64,000 bases of DNA from Promethearchaeota archaeon Loki_b32 (GCA_005223125.1 NJBH01000001.1:128001-192000); one strand, 5' to 3'. Shown: positions 1 through 8,939, counted from the stretch's first letter. The notes: a model not told the origin generated them from the sequence alone. A program made the numbers and translations.

Positions 1-1108
1 TAGGACCATATAAAACATTAAAAGGAAAGTCAGGAGCCTCACTTTTTAATACTGGTACTGCTATTCCTCCTGCAGCAAGTTGAGGTAAAATTATAGTTTT
101 CTTTTTCGTAATTTTAGCAATACCCGTAGCTCCTACCGCTTCTATTAATTGTTTGTTCCCAAAATTATCTCCCCGTGCTGCACACCATACATTTATACCT
201 TTAGAATCAACACATAATACCCAAGCATCTATTCCTTTAAGAGAACGCATAACTTTAATATATGTATAAAGATAATTAGCAGTTACTATAATAGGAGACT
301 TTTCATCAGGTGTTCCAGATTGATAAATGCCTGGTTCAATTGGTACGTGATCTACTTGTCCTGTAAAAATACAGCGATAGATGCTCATTTGAGATCTAAA
401 TCCTTTAAATTTTCTAAGACTAGGGCGGTAGTATCCTGGTTCTTTTAAATTTTCATCCTCTACCTTTTTTAATTCAATTACTTGAATAGATCCATGACTC
501 CATTTTTTTTCTGCTACCATCTTAAAACCTATAGGTTCTAAATAATTGAAAAACCACTTTACTAGAAAAGTACTTTCTAATCGTAGTCTTCTTAATTTTT
601 TTCTGTACCTCCACCGCTTTATGTTAAATAAAATTTTCCAAATACCTGAAGGAACAAATTCAGCTGCTAAAATCATCCGACCATTCGGTTTCAAAGTTTT
701 CCATGCATTTCTTAGAAAGACCTGTTGTTCAAATGGCCTAAGTTCTGAAAGCATAAAAGTACTAACAATTAGATCTTTAGAACTATCTTCTACGGGTAGA
801 TCGCTGATGGAACCTATTTGATATAGAAGTTTTGTACGTTCTTCAGAAGGATAATTTTTCATGGCAGTATTTATCATTTGTAAGTTTTTATCTATTGCAA
901 GAACATTATTTCCTTTTAAAGCCATTTTTTTAGCAAGAGTTCCTGTCCCACATCCTACTTCTAAGATAATCTGTGGTGCTTTTATCCTTTCTAGTACCCA
1001 ATCATGAACTTTGATATTTGTACCTTTAGTAAGTGCTGTGAATTTTGATTCATATGTTTCTGGTTCTAATTCCAACTTTCTCATATAGACTACAGCGATT
1101 TTAATCAC
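1..1108 (-). CDS. Class I SAM-dependent methyltransferase fused to an HgcA/CdhD-like corrinoid-binding domain (3' end runs off the window)
   Basis: Manual translation gives one uninterrupted frame from GTG 1108 (in-frame ATC 1099, ATG 1084) to position 2. N-terminal half has SAM motif I ILEVGCGTG, VLAID, DLIVSTFMLSEL and LKPNG. C-terminal half has PIEPGIY, PDEKSPIIVTANY, DAWVLCVDSKGINVWCAARGDNFG, IILPQLAAGG and YGP, the conserved blocks of the HgcA corrinoid domain. Absent from the ORF track because no stop lies in the window. Confidence 0.85.
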   Translation of the reverse strand, partial: MIKIAVVYMRKLELEPETYESKFTALTKGTNIKVHDWVLERIKAPQIILEVGCGTGTLAKKMALKGNNVLAIDKNLQMINTAMKNYPSEERTKLLYQIGSISDLPVEDSSKDLIVSTFMLSELRPFEQQVFLRNAWKTLKPNGRMILAAEFVPSGIWKILFNIKRWRYRKKLRRLRLESTFLVKWFFNYLEPIGFKMVAEKKWSHGSIQVIELKKVEDENLKEPGYYRPSLRKFKGFRSQMSIYRCIFTGQVDHVPIEPGIYQSGTPDEKSPIIVTANYLYTYIKVMRSLKGIDAWVLCVDSKGINVWCAARGDNFGNKQLIEAVGATGIAKITKKKTIILPQLAAGGIAVPVLKSEAPDFPFNVLYGP

Positions 1109-1202
1109 GCCTTTTTATTGTATTTTTTATTGATTGTAAATTAAAAAAAAATAAATATTTATATCTTATAATTTTTAATTTAGATTTAATTGATATATTT
1201 CC

Positions 1203-1238
1203 CTTTAACAACAACCTTCTTTTGATTCCTCATCATCA
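1203..1238 (-). repeat. Decayed copy of the 3' end of the Cys-Cys micropeptide gene (direct repeat of 2090-2125)
   Basis: 35/36 identical to 2090-2125; reads DDEESKEGCC* but is preceded by an in-frame TAA and has no start. Confidence 0.85.
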
Positions 1239-1326
1239 TGTTAATATTTATCTCTTCTTTTTGGGGGGATTCAAAATTCAGTGAAATAACCTCATAAAGT
1301 AATTTAGGCAATTTATTAATAATTGT

Positions 1327-1914
1327 TTATTTCTGAAGCAGTTTTGTTGCATTTAGAATGTTAAATCCAAGAATTTCTGCTTGTTTTAACTGGTTTTCTT
1401 GGTTTAAAATATCGCCTGGTTTGTCAGCTACAGCTTTTACCCCAAATAAATCACCTGGAACACATATAATTCCACATGAGAGCATCCATGTATAAATGGC
1501 ATTAAGTGTTATTGTTTGACCTCCCGTTGTTCCACCACCAACCGCAATAGCTCCACCTACTCTCCCTTCTAAAGGTTTTTCGACATCTACCGCAAAGTGT
1601 CTATCAAGTAAGGAGAGTAATTGAGCACTAACATTTAGGAAATAAACAGGACTTGAGATTATAATCGCATTACACCATCGAAACGCATCATAAATTCCTT
1701 GCATATCATCATTAATAACACAAGTACCCGTTTCCCTACATGAGTCGCAGGCATTACAAGGTTTAATTTCTAATTCGCTTAAAAGAAAAATTTTAACATT
1801 CCATCCATTATTTTCAAAAGGTTTTAGAGCATACCTTAAGAGGATTTCACTATTCCCTTTCTTCCTTGGAGTCCCTGATATACCAATAACATTCATTTTT
1901 TTTTTTGAACTCAA
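1327..1914 (-). CDS. Iron-sulfur flavoprotein / NADPH-dependent FMN reductase (flavodoxin-like, Isf family)
   Basis: GISGTPRKKGNS FMN loop, CNACDSC-x5-C cluster motif, SPVYF; start may be ATG 1896. Confidence 0.85.
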   Translation of the reverse strand: MSSKKKMNVIGISGTPRKKGNSEILLRYALKPFENNGWNVKIFLLSELEIKPCNACDSCRETGTCVINDDMQGIYDAFRWCNAIIISSPVYFLNVSAQLLSLLDRHFAVDVEKPLEGRVGGAIAVGGGTTGGQTITLNAIYTWMLSCGIICVPGDLFGVKAVADKPGDILNQENQLKQAEILGFNILNATKLLQK

Positions 1915-2091
1915 TAATAATTTTGTTAATAGATTATTTTACAAATAATATTTTTTTGATTGCAGTTTTTCTACAAATTGTATTTACTAACTTTTGTATC
2001 CAATCTGTATTTTTTATTGAAATAAAACTGAAAAAAATAAAAATTTTGATCTTATAAATTTTAATATAACCTTAAAGTGAATTCTTTTACT

Positions 2092-2169
2092 TTAACAACA
2101 CCCTTCTTTTGATTCCTCATCATCACTTTTTGTTTCTTCAGTACAACATTCTTTATCTTTATCTCCCAT
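2092..2169 (-). CDS. 25-aa acidic micropeptide with two Cys-Cys pairs (MGDKDKECCTEETKSDDEESKEGCC), putative metal-binding peptide
   Basis: ATG 2169 to TAA 2092; GAGGT Shine-Dalgarno just upstream; own TATA-like box and palindromic operator; duplicated 3' end differs only synonymously. Confidence 0.7.
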   Translation of the reverse strand: MGDKDKECCTEETKSDDEESKEGCC

Positions 2170-2209
2170 ATGTAATTACCTCTTTGTTTAAAATTTAATT
2201 TTTAATTAT

Positions 2210-2227
2210 TAGTTAGGTTCCTAACTA
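2210..2227. promoter_or_regulatory. Palindromic operator TAGTTAGG-tt-CCTAACTA upstream of the micropeptide gene
   Basis: Perfect 8-bp arms; abuts minus-strand TTTAAATA TATA-like box; identical copy at 2807-2824 within a 35-bp shared block (2194-2228 = 2791-2825). Confidence 0.75.
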
Positions 2228-2299
2228 TTTAAATGTTTCGTTCCGTATAATTAAGCTCCTAACAAAGATTTAGAGAGATGATAATCTCGCGTAAAACTA

Positions 2300-2764
2300 T
2301 TAGGGTTTTAGTGCGTTTAACAATTTTTGGAGTAATTCTCCCAATATTATGATCTCTTCTTGTTTAATTCCAGGACAACAACCGTTTACAATCGTTTCTA
2401 AAGGAGGGGTAACATTTTTTAAATCTTTCCCTTTTTTTGTAAGCTTAACGAAGAGACTTCTTCTATCGTGAGGATTCGATTCACGAGAGACTAATTTTTT
2501 CTTTTCCATTGTGTCTACCACACCTGTAATTGTAGATCTAGAACAATTACATGTCTCTGCTAAATCTTTAAATTGTTGACTATCAACGCTCCATAATTCC
2601 CTCAGAATGAAATGTTGAGTTGGTGTAAGCTCTAATTCTTGAATATTATCACGTTCCAATTTTTCGTATTTTTTGCTTAAAATATTTATAAGTTCAAAAA
2701 CATCAACAATCTCTTTGGGTTGACAGCAATTATTAGGGGATTCGGGGGTTTTATCTCTACTCAT
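2300..2764 (-). CDS. MarR-family transcriptional regulator, cysteine-rich
   Basis: LTPTQHFILREL, SRSTITGVVDTMEKKKLVSR, DRRSLFVKLTKKG winged HTH; extra NNCCQ, TCNCS and NGCCP motifs. Confidence 0.9.
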   Translation of the reverse strand: MSRDKTPESPNNCCQPKEIVDVFELINILSKKYEKLERDNIQELELTPTQHFILRELWSVDSQQFKDLAETCNCSRSTITGVVDTMEKKKLVSRESNPHDRRSLFVKLTKKGKDLKNVTPPLETIVNGCCPGIKQEEIIILGELLQKLLNALKP

Positions 2765-2806
2765 TTTTTTTTCAGATGATTAGGGTTTTTTTTAATTTTT
2801 AATTAT

Positions 2807-2824
2807 TAGTTAGGTTCCTAACTA
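2807..2824. promoter_or_regulatory. Palindromic operator TAGTTAGG-tt-CCTAACTA upstream of the MarR gene (autoregulatory site)
   Basis: Identical to 2210-2227; abuts minus-strand TTTATATA TATA box at 2823-2830. Confidence 0.75.
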
Positions 2825-3010
2825 TATAAAATTATTTGAAATTTCCACTTGATAAATGATAAATTTTTTTATTTTCCATAAATTAACCTGGAAATTTTAT
2901 TATTTAATAAAATAAAAGAAATATGCTTATATTGGATAATTAGTTAATTTTAAATATTCTTTTTTTTTGTCAATACATAAAAATAATATTCAAAAAAAGA
3001 GGTAATCTAG

Positions 3011-3592
3011 ATGGAAAGTAATAATGATTTGAGTGAGAAACAATATTGGAAGGATGTTATAAAAAAACATCAAAGTGCATTTATAGTATTAATAGTAGCA
3101 GGCGTTTGCGTAATTGTAGGAGCTTTTTTAGTATTGTTTTGGGTTATAGAGATAAATCCCTTCGTCAATCCACGTACAGGTACCTTTGACGATTGGACAC
3201 TAAATTATATCGTTGGCATTACTATTCTTACAATTTTATCGGAGTTGCTATTTGTAGGTATTCCAACAGGAATATTTTTTGTCTTAGGAGGATATTTATA
3301 TTGGCGTAAATTACCTGAAGAAGAAAAGCAAGAATTCAAGGATAGAGAGAAGAAAAAGACTCATAGAAAAAAAGAATACGGCGGGGGCGGTGGTTTTAGC
3401 TTCTTTATGTTTATAGCTTATTGTATTTATATTGCTGTCGACGGAAATTACAATGCAACTTTTGGTAGCCAACCATTTAGTTATTGGATTTATTCATGGC
3501 TCTTAACTCTAATGTGGATATTCATAGTATTTGGTATTCCCATAGGAATTCTACTTATTTCATACTATATATACAAATGGAGAAAAAAATAG
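3011..3592 (+). CDS. Hypothetical integral membrane protein (about 4 TM helices)
   Basis: 193-aa ORF, GAGGT RBS, hydrophobic segments around a charged loop. Confidence 0.7.
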   Translation: MESNNDLSEKQYWKDVIKKHQSAFIVLIVAGVCVIVGAFLVLFWVIEINPFVNPRTGTFDDWTLNYIVGITILTILSELLFVGIPTGIFFVLGGYLYWRKLPEEEKQEFKDREKKKTHRKKEYGGGGGFSFFMFIAYCIYIAVDGNYNATFGSQPFSYWIYSWLLTLMWIFIVFGIPIGILLISYYIYKWRKK

Positions 3593-3637
3593 ATATAATT
3601 TACTAATTTTTTTTTTTTTTTAATTTCAATTATCTTC

Positions 3638-5896
3638 TCAAAAAATCTGAAAGACATTTTTTTCTATGAGATTAATGATAATTTCTATATCTTTGGGAGA
3701 ACATTCTTTTCCTGGCAATAAAGAATTCAAGAAAAAATGTTCAGAATTATTGCTTTTCATGAAAGAAATTGCTTTATTGACAAATGCTCTTTCGGTCTGA
3801 CTTAGTTTAACTTTTTCTAACTTATCAATTTTTGTTAGAATTATTGGATAAGTTATCGTAGTATTTAGATGGTGTTTTAGGAATTTTTCAATTGACTTAA
3901 ATGGTTTTATATCCCCAGTAAATTCTTCAATTAATTTACCATAGTATTTGTAGAGGTCATATGTTAAATCTTCAAGAGAATATAAAAAGACTGAAGAAGG
4001 ATGCTCTTTCATGATTAAAATTAGTCGTAGAGTTACAAATTCAGTCATAATAATAACTGAATCTTTATATTCTAATTTGATGGTCTGTGATGTATCTTCA
4101 ATCTTTATTAACTCAATTCCAAAGGAGTGAATAGCTTGTAAAAATCCGGAAATCATTGTTGCGTCAATTTGTTTCTCTGTAAACTTTTGTTGATATACGT
4201 TTAACCCAGATTTTTTATCTGATACAATAATATAATCTAAGTTTAATACATCCATATATTTATCATGGAGTTTCCGAGATTCTTCTATTCTTCTAATTCT
4301 ATATTTTTTAATTTTTTGGTAAGAGAATATGCTAGCAGTGCCAATTGCAATTACAAGTATTACACTTATAACAATCCAAATTGGTTCTACAGTAAATGGA
4401 ACTGGTGGTATTGTTAATTGAAATTCTTGAGATTGAAATCCTATGTCTGTTGCATTGTTCCAAAAGATTTTTGCAGTGTAGGTTCCCTCAATTGAATTTG
4501 AAGGTATTAAATAAGTAAAAAACGTTTCTTCTGATACTACCTCTTTTATTATTGGTTCTTCAAGACCAAAACCTATTGGATTTATTAGATTAAATGTAAG
4601 GTTTCCATCTACAAAAGGCATATTAACAGTAAATTGTAATTCTGAACCGGGTTCCCATTCTAAAATAGGAAGGTTTAAGTTAAAACCAATATTTGGTGAA
4701 TTTGCTGTTATCTTCCATTCAATTCCACCATTTAATGTATTATTAGGAATAATAATTGTATTTTCATCAAATAAAATTTCCGAAGTTTTATTTTCCCAGA
4801 TTTCTCCTAATTTTTGATATACAGTTAGATTATCCCAATTTTTTGGATAAAAGAATTGAAAAAATTGATAATCATAAAATCGTTCGATTACAGGAGTCAA
4901 TGTCCAAACATTTGGGGAATCTTGATTTATTAATCCTGAACCATCACACGTTAATTGCGTTTCTAAATTAAAAGCATAGGTTAAATTGAAGATTAAGTTT
5001 ATCGATTTATTGAAAATAATAGGAATAGTAATATTATGTTCACTTGGAGCAAGATGTATACTTTCGTTTAAAAAACCAGTTCCAGGAGCAACTCCGTCTG
5101 AAATTGGATAGTAAATTCCATCAATATCAGCAGTCATATTAATTTCTTCTGGATAAAACTGACCTACCACTTTTTGGTCTAATTTGTATAGAAAGGGTTC
5201 TCCTGTAGACCCATTAGTCCATTCCCCAATATATTCCGATATATATAAATTTGGATTCGTTGGATTATTGGTAGAAAGCCAATCGTATCCACCATTATCT
5301 TGCGGTAGCATTTCTGTTCCATTCATTACTAAAAAATAATTTCCGGGATTAAGAAAGATTGGGGTAGAAAAATTTTGAATGTACCATTTTATCACGCTTG
5401 ATATATTTATTTGTGTGGACCCATAAATAGTTTCATTTGGTCGATTTAAGACAGAATTATATCCATTAATTTGAACAGATACATTAACTGTGGTAAATGG
5501 AGCATTCTCATCTCCATATATATGGACACCATAAATTTCTGTAGGGTCGATGATATTTATTTGCACTGCGAGTCCTTTTCTGCCTTTATATAAATCTTTC
5601 CCTCCAAAAATATCAGTTTCGATATCTTTAATTTCCCGTTTAGATTGAATATCAGTAATATTTAACTCAATATTAGTTAAATTCCAAGTTTCAGAGGTTA
5701 AAGGAAATACAATTGAGCTAGTGTTTAATATTTCACCATTGGCTTCTCCAAATTCTAATATTTTAAATTCAGAATTTACTATGTAAAGGTCTCCATTACT
5801 TTGAGCATTTGAAAAAGAAACAAAAGCATTTGAAATAAGAGCAAGACTACAAATAAATAACAAAACTATTATTATTTGATTATTTTTTTTATGCAA
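3638..5896 (-). CDS. Single-pass membrane protein: signal peptide, large beta-rich extracellular region, TM helix, cytoplasmic longin/roadblock-like domain
   Basis: N-terminal hydrophobic signal, many N-x-S/T sequons, TM IWIVISVILVIAIGTASIF, then LDYIIVSDKKSGLNVY...IDATMISGFLQAIHSFG typical of Asgard longin-like domains. Confidence 0.7.
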   Translation of the reverse strand: MHKKNNQIIIVLLFICSLALISNAFVSFSNAQSNGDLYIVNSEFKILEFGEANGEILNTSSIVFPLTSETWNLTNIELNITDIQSKREIKDIETDIFGGKDLYKGRKGLAVQINIIDPTEIYGVHIYGDENAPFTTVNVSVQINGYNSVLNRPNETIYGSTQINISSVIKWYIQNFSTPIFLNPGNYFLVMNGTEMLPQDNGGYDWLSTNNPTNPNLYISEYIGEWTNGSTGEPFLYKLDQKVVGQFYPEEINMTADIDGIYYPISDGVAPGTGFLNESIHLAPSEHNITIPIIFNKSINLIFNLTYAFNLETQLTCDGSGLINQDSPNVWTLTPVIERFYDYQFFQFFYPKNWDNLTVYQKLGEIWENKTSEILFDENTIIIPNNTLNGGIEWKITANSPNIGFNLNLPILEWEPGSELQFTVNMPFVDGNLTFNLINPIGFGLEEPIIKEVVSEETFFTYLIPSNSIEGTYTAKIFWNNATDIGFQSQEFQLTIPPVPFTVEPIWIVISVILVIAIGTASIFSYQKIKKYRIRRIEESRKLHDKYMDVLNLDYIIVSDKKSGLNVYQQKFTEKQIDATMISGFLQAIHSFGIELIKIEDTSQTIKLEYKDSVIIMTEFVTLRLILIMKEHPSSVFLYSLEDLTYDLYKYYGKLIEEFTGDIKPFKSIEKFLKHHLNTTITYPIILTKIDKLEKVKLSQTERAFVNKAISFMKSNNSEHFFLNSLLPGKECSPKDIEIIINLIEKNVFQIF

Positions 5897-5987
5897 AATT
5901 ACCCGTAAAACACTGTTACATTTTTGTACTTTAATTAAAACAAATAACTATTTTTCTAAATATTACACGAAATATTGACTTATATAA

Positions 5988-7307
5988 TTGTATGTTATAA
6001 AAAATAAAAAAAAAAGAAGAATCATTTTGAGAATCATAAATAAAGGGATGATGGATTGGTTTGGAATGTTTCCATCCTCCACGTTTGCAGATAATACATG
6101 CCATTTAATAGCGGGGATGGCCAATACTGGAGTTATTGAAACCGAAGAAGGATTGATTATATTTGATCTTCCGATGAAACAATATGGTAAGAAATTATTC
6201 AGAGAAATCCGAGCTATAACAAGTAAGAAGGTTAAATATATAATTTTCTCACATGGACATTTTGACCATTGTTTTGCGTATGAACCTTTTATTGAAGAAA
6301 TTAACGAGAAAAGATGGGAGATGCCACAAGTAATAGCTCATGAAAATTGCATAAAGAGGTTTAAAAAATATAAGATGTTGGATAGATATCATGATTGGCT
6401 TAATAAGCAACAATTTGCATCTATGGGAGTGGGACGGCAAAAATTTTTAGTAACCGCCCAAGAAACTCTCGAACCTACAATAATAATGAGAGGTGATAAA
6501 CCTTATACTTTTAAGCTAGGTGAATGTACTTTTGAACTGTATCATGATATTGGTGAAACAGATGATTCAATCTGGTTATGGGTCCCCGAAAAAAAGCTTA
6601 TATGTGCAGGAGATTTGTTTGTATCTTCATTTCCTAATGTTGGTAACCCATATAAAGTTCAACGTTATCCAAAAGAATGGGCTTTAGCAATGGAGAAAAT
6701 GTTAGCAAAAAATGCTGAATATTTAATTCCCGGTCATGGCCCTCTAATTGAAGGTGACGACAAAGTAAGAGATGTGCTTTCAATTACAGCTGAAGCAATG
6801 CATTTTGTACATGATGAAGTAGTGAAAAGGATGAACGAAGGCAAATGGTTTGAACAGATTTATCATGAAATGCTTGATATTTATCCTGATAAATTTAAAA
6901 ATCATCATCACCTGAGAGAAATGTACGGTTGTTATAGATTTGCGATTCATGCTACGTATAGACTTTACCATGGCTGGTATAATAGCGGAAATCCTACGGA
7001 TCTTTTCCCTGCAAAATCTACTGATATTGCCAAAGAATTTTTACTGATTAATTCAGAGGAAAAATATCTTGAACATGCAAAATCTCTATATAATGAAAGA
7101 AAATTGCAGTTAGCTCTTCATTTTCTAGACGTTATAATTCATGGAATTGAAACAAATCATAATGAATTTCTCTTAGAGGCTATGAAATTAAAGTATAAGA
7201 TACTTAGACAAAAATCAAAAAAAGAACCATCTTTTATAGCTTCGAATATCATAGCTAATTCTGCCCTTCAAATTAAAAAAAGATTAAAAGAACTAGAAGA
7301 AAACTAA
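5988..7307 (+). CDS. Alkyl sulfatase-like metallo-beta-lactamase-fold hydrolase
   Basis: SHGHFDH, GETDD, AGDL, FPNVGNP, PGHG and YHGWYNSGNP motifs; start may be ATG 6048. Confidence 0.85.
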   Translation: MYVIKNKKKRRIILRIINKGMMDWFGMFPSSTFADNTCHLIAGMANTGVIETEEGLIIFDLPMKQYGKKLFREIRAITSKKVKYIIFSHGHFDHCFAYEPFIEEINEKRWEMPQVIAHENCIKRFKKYKMLDRYHDWLNKQQFASMGVGRQKFLVTAQETLEPTIIMRGDKPYTFKLGECTFELYHDIGETDDSIWLWVPEKKLICAGDLFVSSFPNVGNPYKVQRYPKEWALAMEKMLAKNAEYLIPGHGPLIEGDDKVRDVLSITAEAMHFVHDEVVKRMNEGKWFEQIYHEMLDIYPDKFKNHHHLREMYGCYRFAIHATYRLYHGWYNSGNPTDLFPAKSTDIAKEFLLINSEEKYLEHAKSLYNERKLQLALHFLDVIIHGIETNHNEFLLEAMKLKYKILRQKSKKEPSFIASNIIANSALQIKKRLKELEEN

Positions 7308-7354
7308 AAATTATTGAAATAAATTCTTAGAAATGAAAAAAAAAGGAATTTAAT

Positions 7355-8761
7355 TTATAAATCCATTTCCTTTATCTTCTTTTGATTTTCACTTACTTTA
7401 TCTGGAGTTAAATCATACATTAACCAAAACACGATAATTCCAATTACAAGTAATATAAATGGAATCAAAGATTGATGAAAATGAATACCCCAAATGGCTA
7501 ATTCTGTTTGAGTAGAACTTCCTTCAACAAACCCTGTAAGTGTATGAACAGTAGCGATTGTAAGTGCCATTACAATAACGCCTATTCGTCCAAAGAATTG
7601 TTGAAAACCAGTATATACTCCTTCCTCTCGTCTTTTTGTTATTACTACTGCGTTATCAATTACATCTGAAGATACCGGAAATATCATTATCCAAAAACCT
7701 CCCATGCCTAATCCCCAGAGAAACATATCAAATACTATTAACCAATAATCTCTAAGAAACGTTATTGGCAGTGTAAAAGCAACTAGAATTAAAGAAGAAA
7801 TTACCATCACTTTTTTATTATTCTTTACTTTATGTGAGTATATCGTCCAGAAAGGAGTAGAAATTAATACTCCAACAAGGAAAGCTGCAAATATAAAAGT
7901 CGTGGCATCTCCTGGCATTCCAAGGGAATATTTAACAGTGTATGGAACGGAAGCTTGCATCGTTTCTACTAAAGACTGATATAGCATATATAATACCATG
8001 AAAATTATAAATGGTTTCTGTTTTAATGCCGCTTTAAGAGTCTTGAAGAATGATATATGCTCGCGTTCTCCCTCTTGAGAAGATAAATAAAGATCAATGG
8101 TATATTGATCTTCACGTGAACCGGGAATAGCAATTGCGAAACCAATAAATGTAATTATAGCTAATACAATACCTTGAACTCCAAATGAAGGAAAATTTCC
8201 ATAGTTAAAGATCAATGGTGGTACTATAGCTCCTATCGCAACTCCTACAACTCCTATCATAATATAAATACCACTAGCAGTTCTTCGCTCTTGATCTGAT
8301 CGATATTTATCAGGAAATAATGACTGAAAATTTACAAATAATATTGAATGAAATGTGTCAAAGAGACATGTGGTAAACAATAGCCAAAAAAAAAGAATCC
8401 ACTCACCAGATACGGCATTGTAAGTTGGTGGCATAAATATAAGCATATAAGTAAATCCCCAGGGTAAGCCCCCAATCAAAATCCAGGGAAATCGCCTTCC
8501 CCATTTTTTTGTAAATTTAAAGGGTCGATTTGTTATATATCCAATAAAGGGATCATTAAACATGTTATAAATCGCGAAAAGTACAAATGCTAAACCAATC
8601 AACCAAACGTCTAATCCAAGTTCAGCCTCATAAAAAAAGAATGCAAACATTGAAAATGCAATTCTGAGAAGTTCTCTAGAAAATGAGTTGAACCCATAAG
8701 AAGCCATACCTAATTTGCTGTGTTTAATTTGGATTTCATCTGTTTCCATTTTAATAACCAT
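7355..8761 (-). CDS. MFS transporter, glycoside-pentoside-hexuronide (MelB-like) family
   Basis: NDPFIGY, KKWGRRFPWI, RREEGVY; about 12 TM helices. Confidence 0.9.
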   Translation of the reverse strand: MVIKMETDEIQIKHSKLGMASYGFNSFSRELLRIAFSMFAFFFYEAELGLDVWLIGLAFVLFAIYNMFNDPFIGYITNRPFKFTKKWGRRFPWILIGGLPWGFTYMLIFMPPTYNAVSGEWILFFWLLFTTCLFDTFHSILFVNFQSLFPDKYRSDQERRTASGIYIMIGVVGVAIGAIVPPLIFNYGNFPSFGVQGIVLAIITFIGFAIAIPGSREDQYTIDLYLSSQEGEREHISFFKTLKAALKQKPFIIFMVLYMLYQSLVETMQASVPYTVKYSLGMPGDATTFIFAAFLVGVLISTPFWTIYSHKVKNNKKVMVISSLILVAFTLPITFLRDYWLIVFDMFLWGLGMGGFWIMIFPVSSDVIDNAVVITKRREEGVYTGFQQFFGRIGVIVMALTIATVHTLTGFVEGSSTQTELAIWGIHFHQSLIPFILLVIGIIVFWLMYDLTPDKVSENQKKIKEMDL

Positions 8762-8939
8762 ATTTTTATTTGTATTAATTAACTTATTTTGAAAATAAGG
8801 CGAATTTGTTTTAAATAGATAAATATTATTCGATTACATATATATAGTTATTATTTCAAATTTGAGAAACATAATTATCTTTTTCCTTAAGACTATCGAA
8901 AATAAATAAATTCCAAGTCATAAACATCTGGGATTTAAT

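Noticed and set aside
170-199. Calling the gene a bona fide hgcA mercury methylase
   Set aside because: Motif is NVWCAARG rather than NVWCAAGK, the C-terminus and any hgcB lie outside the window, and HgcA-like paralogs need not methylate Hg; no gene symbol assigned.
546-821. 91-aa plus-strand ORF in the track
   Set aside because: Antisense shadow of the methyltransferase-HgcA-like ORF, which has clear motifs.
3606-3621. Long T homopolymer as a phase-variation tract
   Set aside because: It is intergenic between convergent genes and better explained as an archaeal oligo-T terminator.
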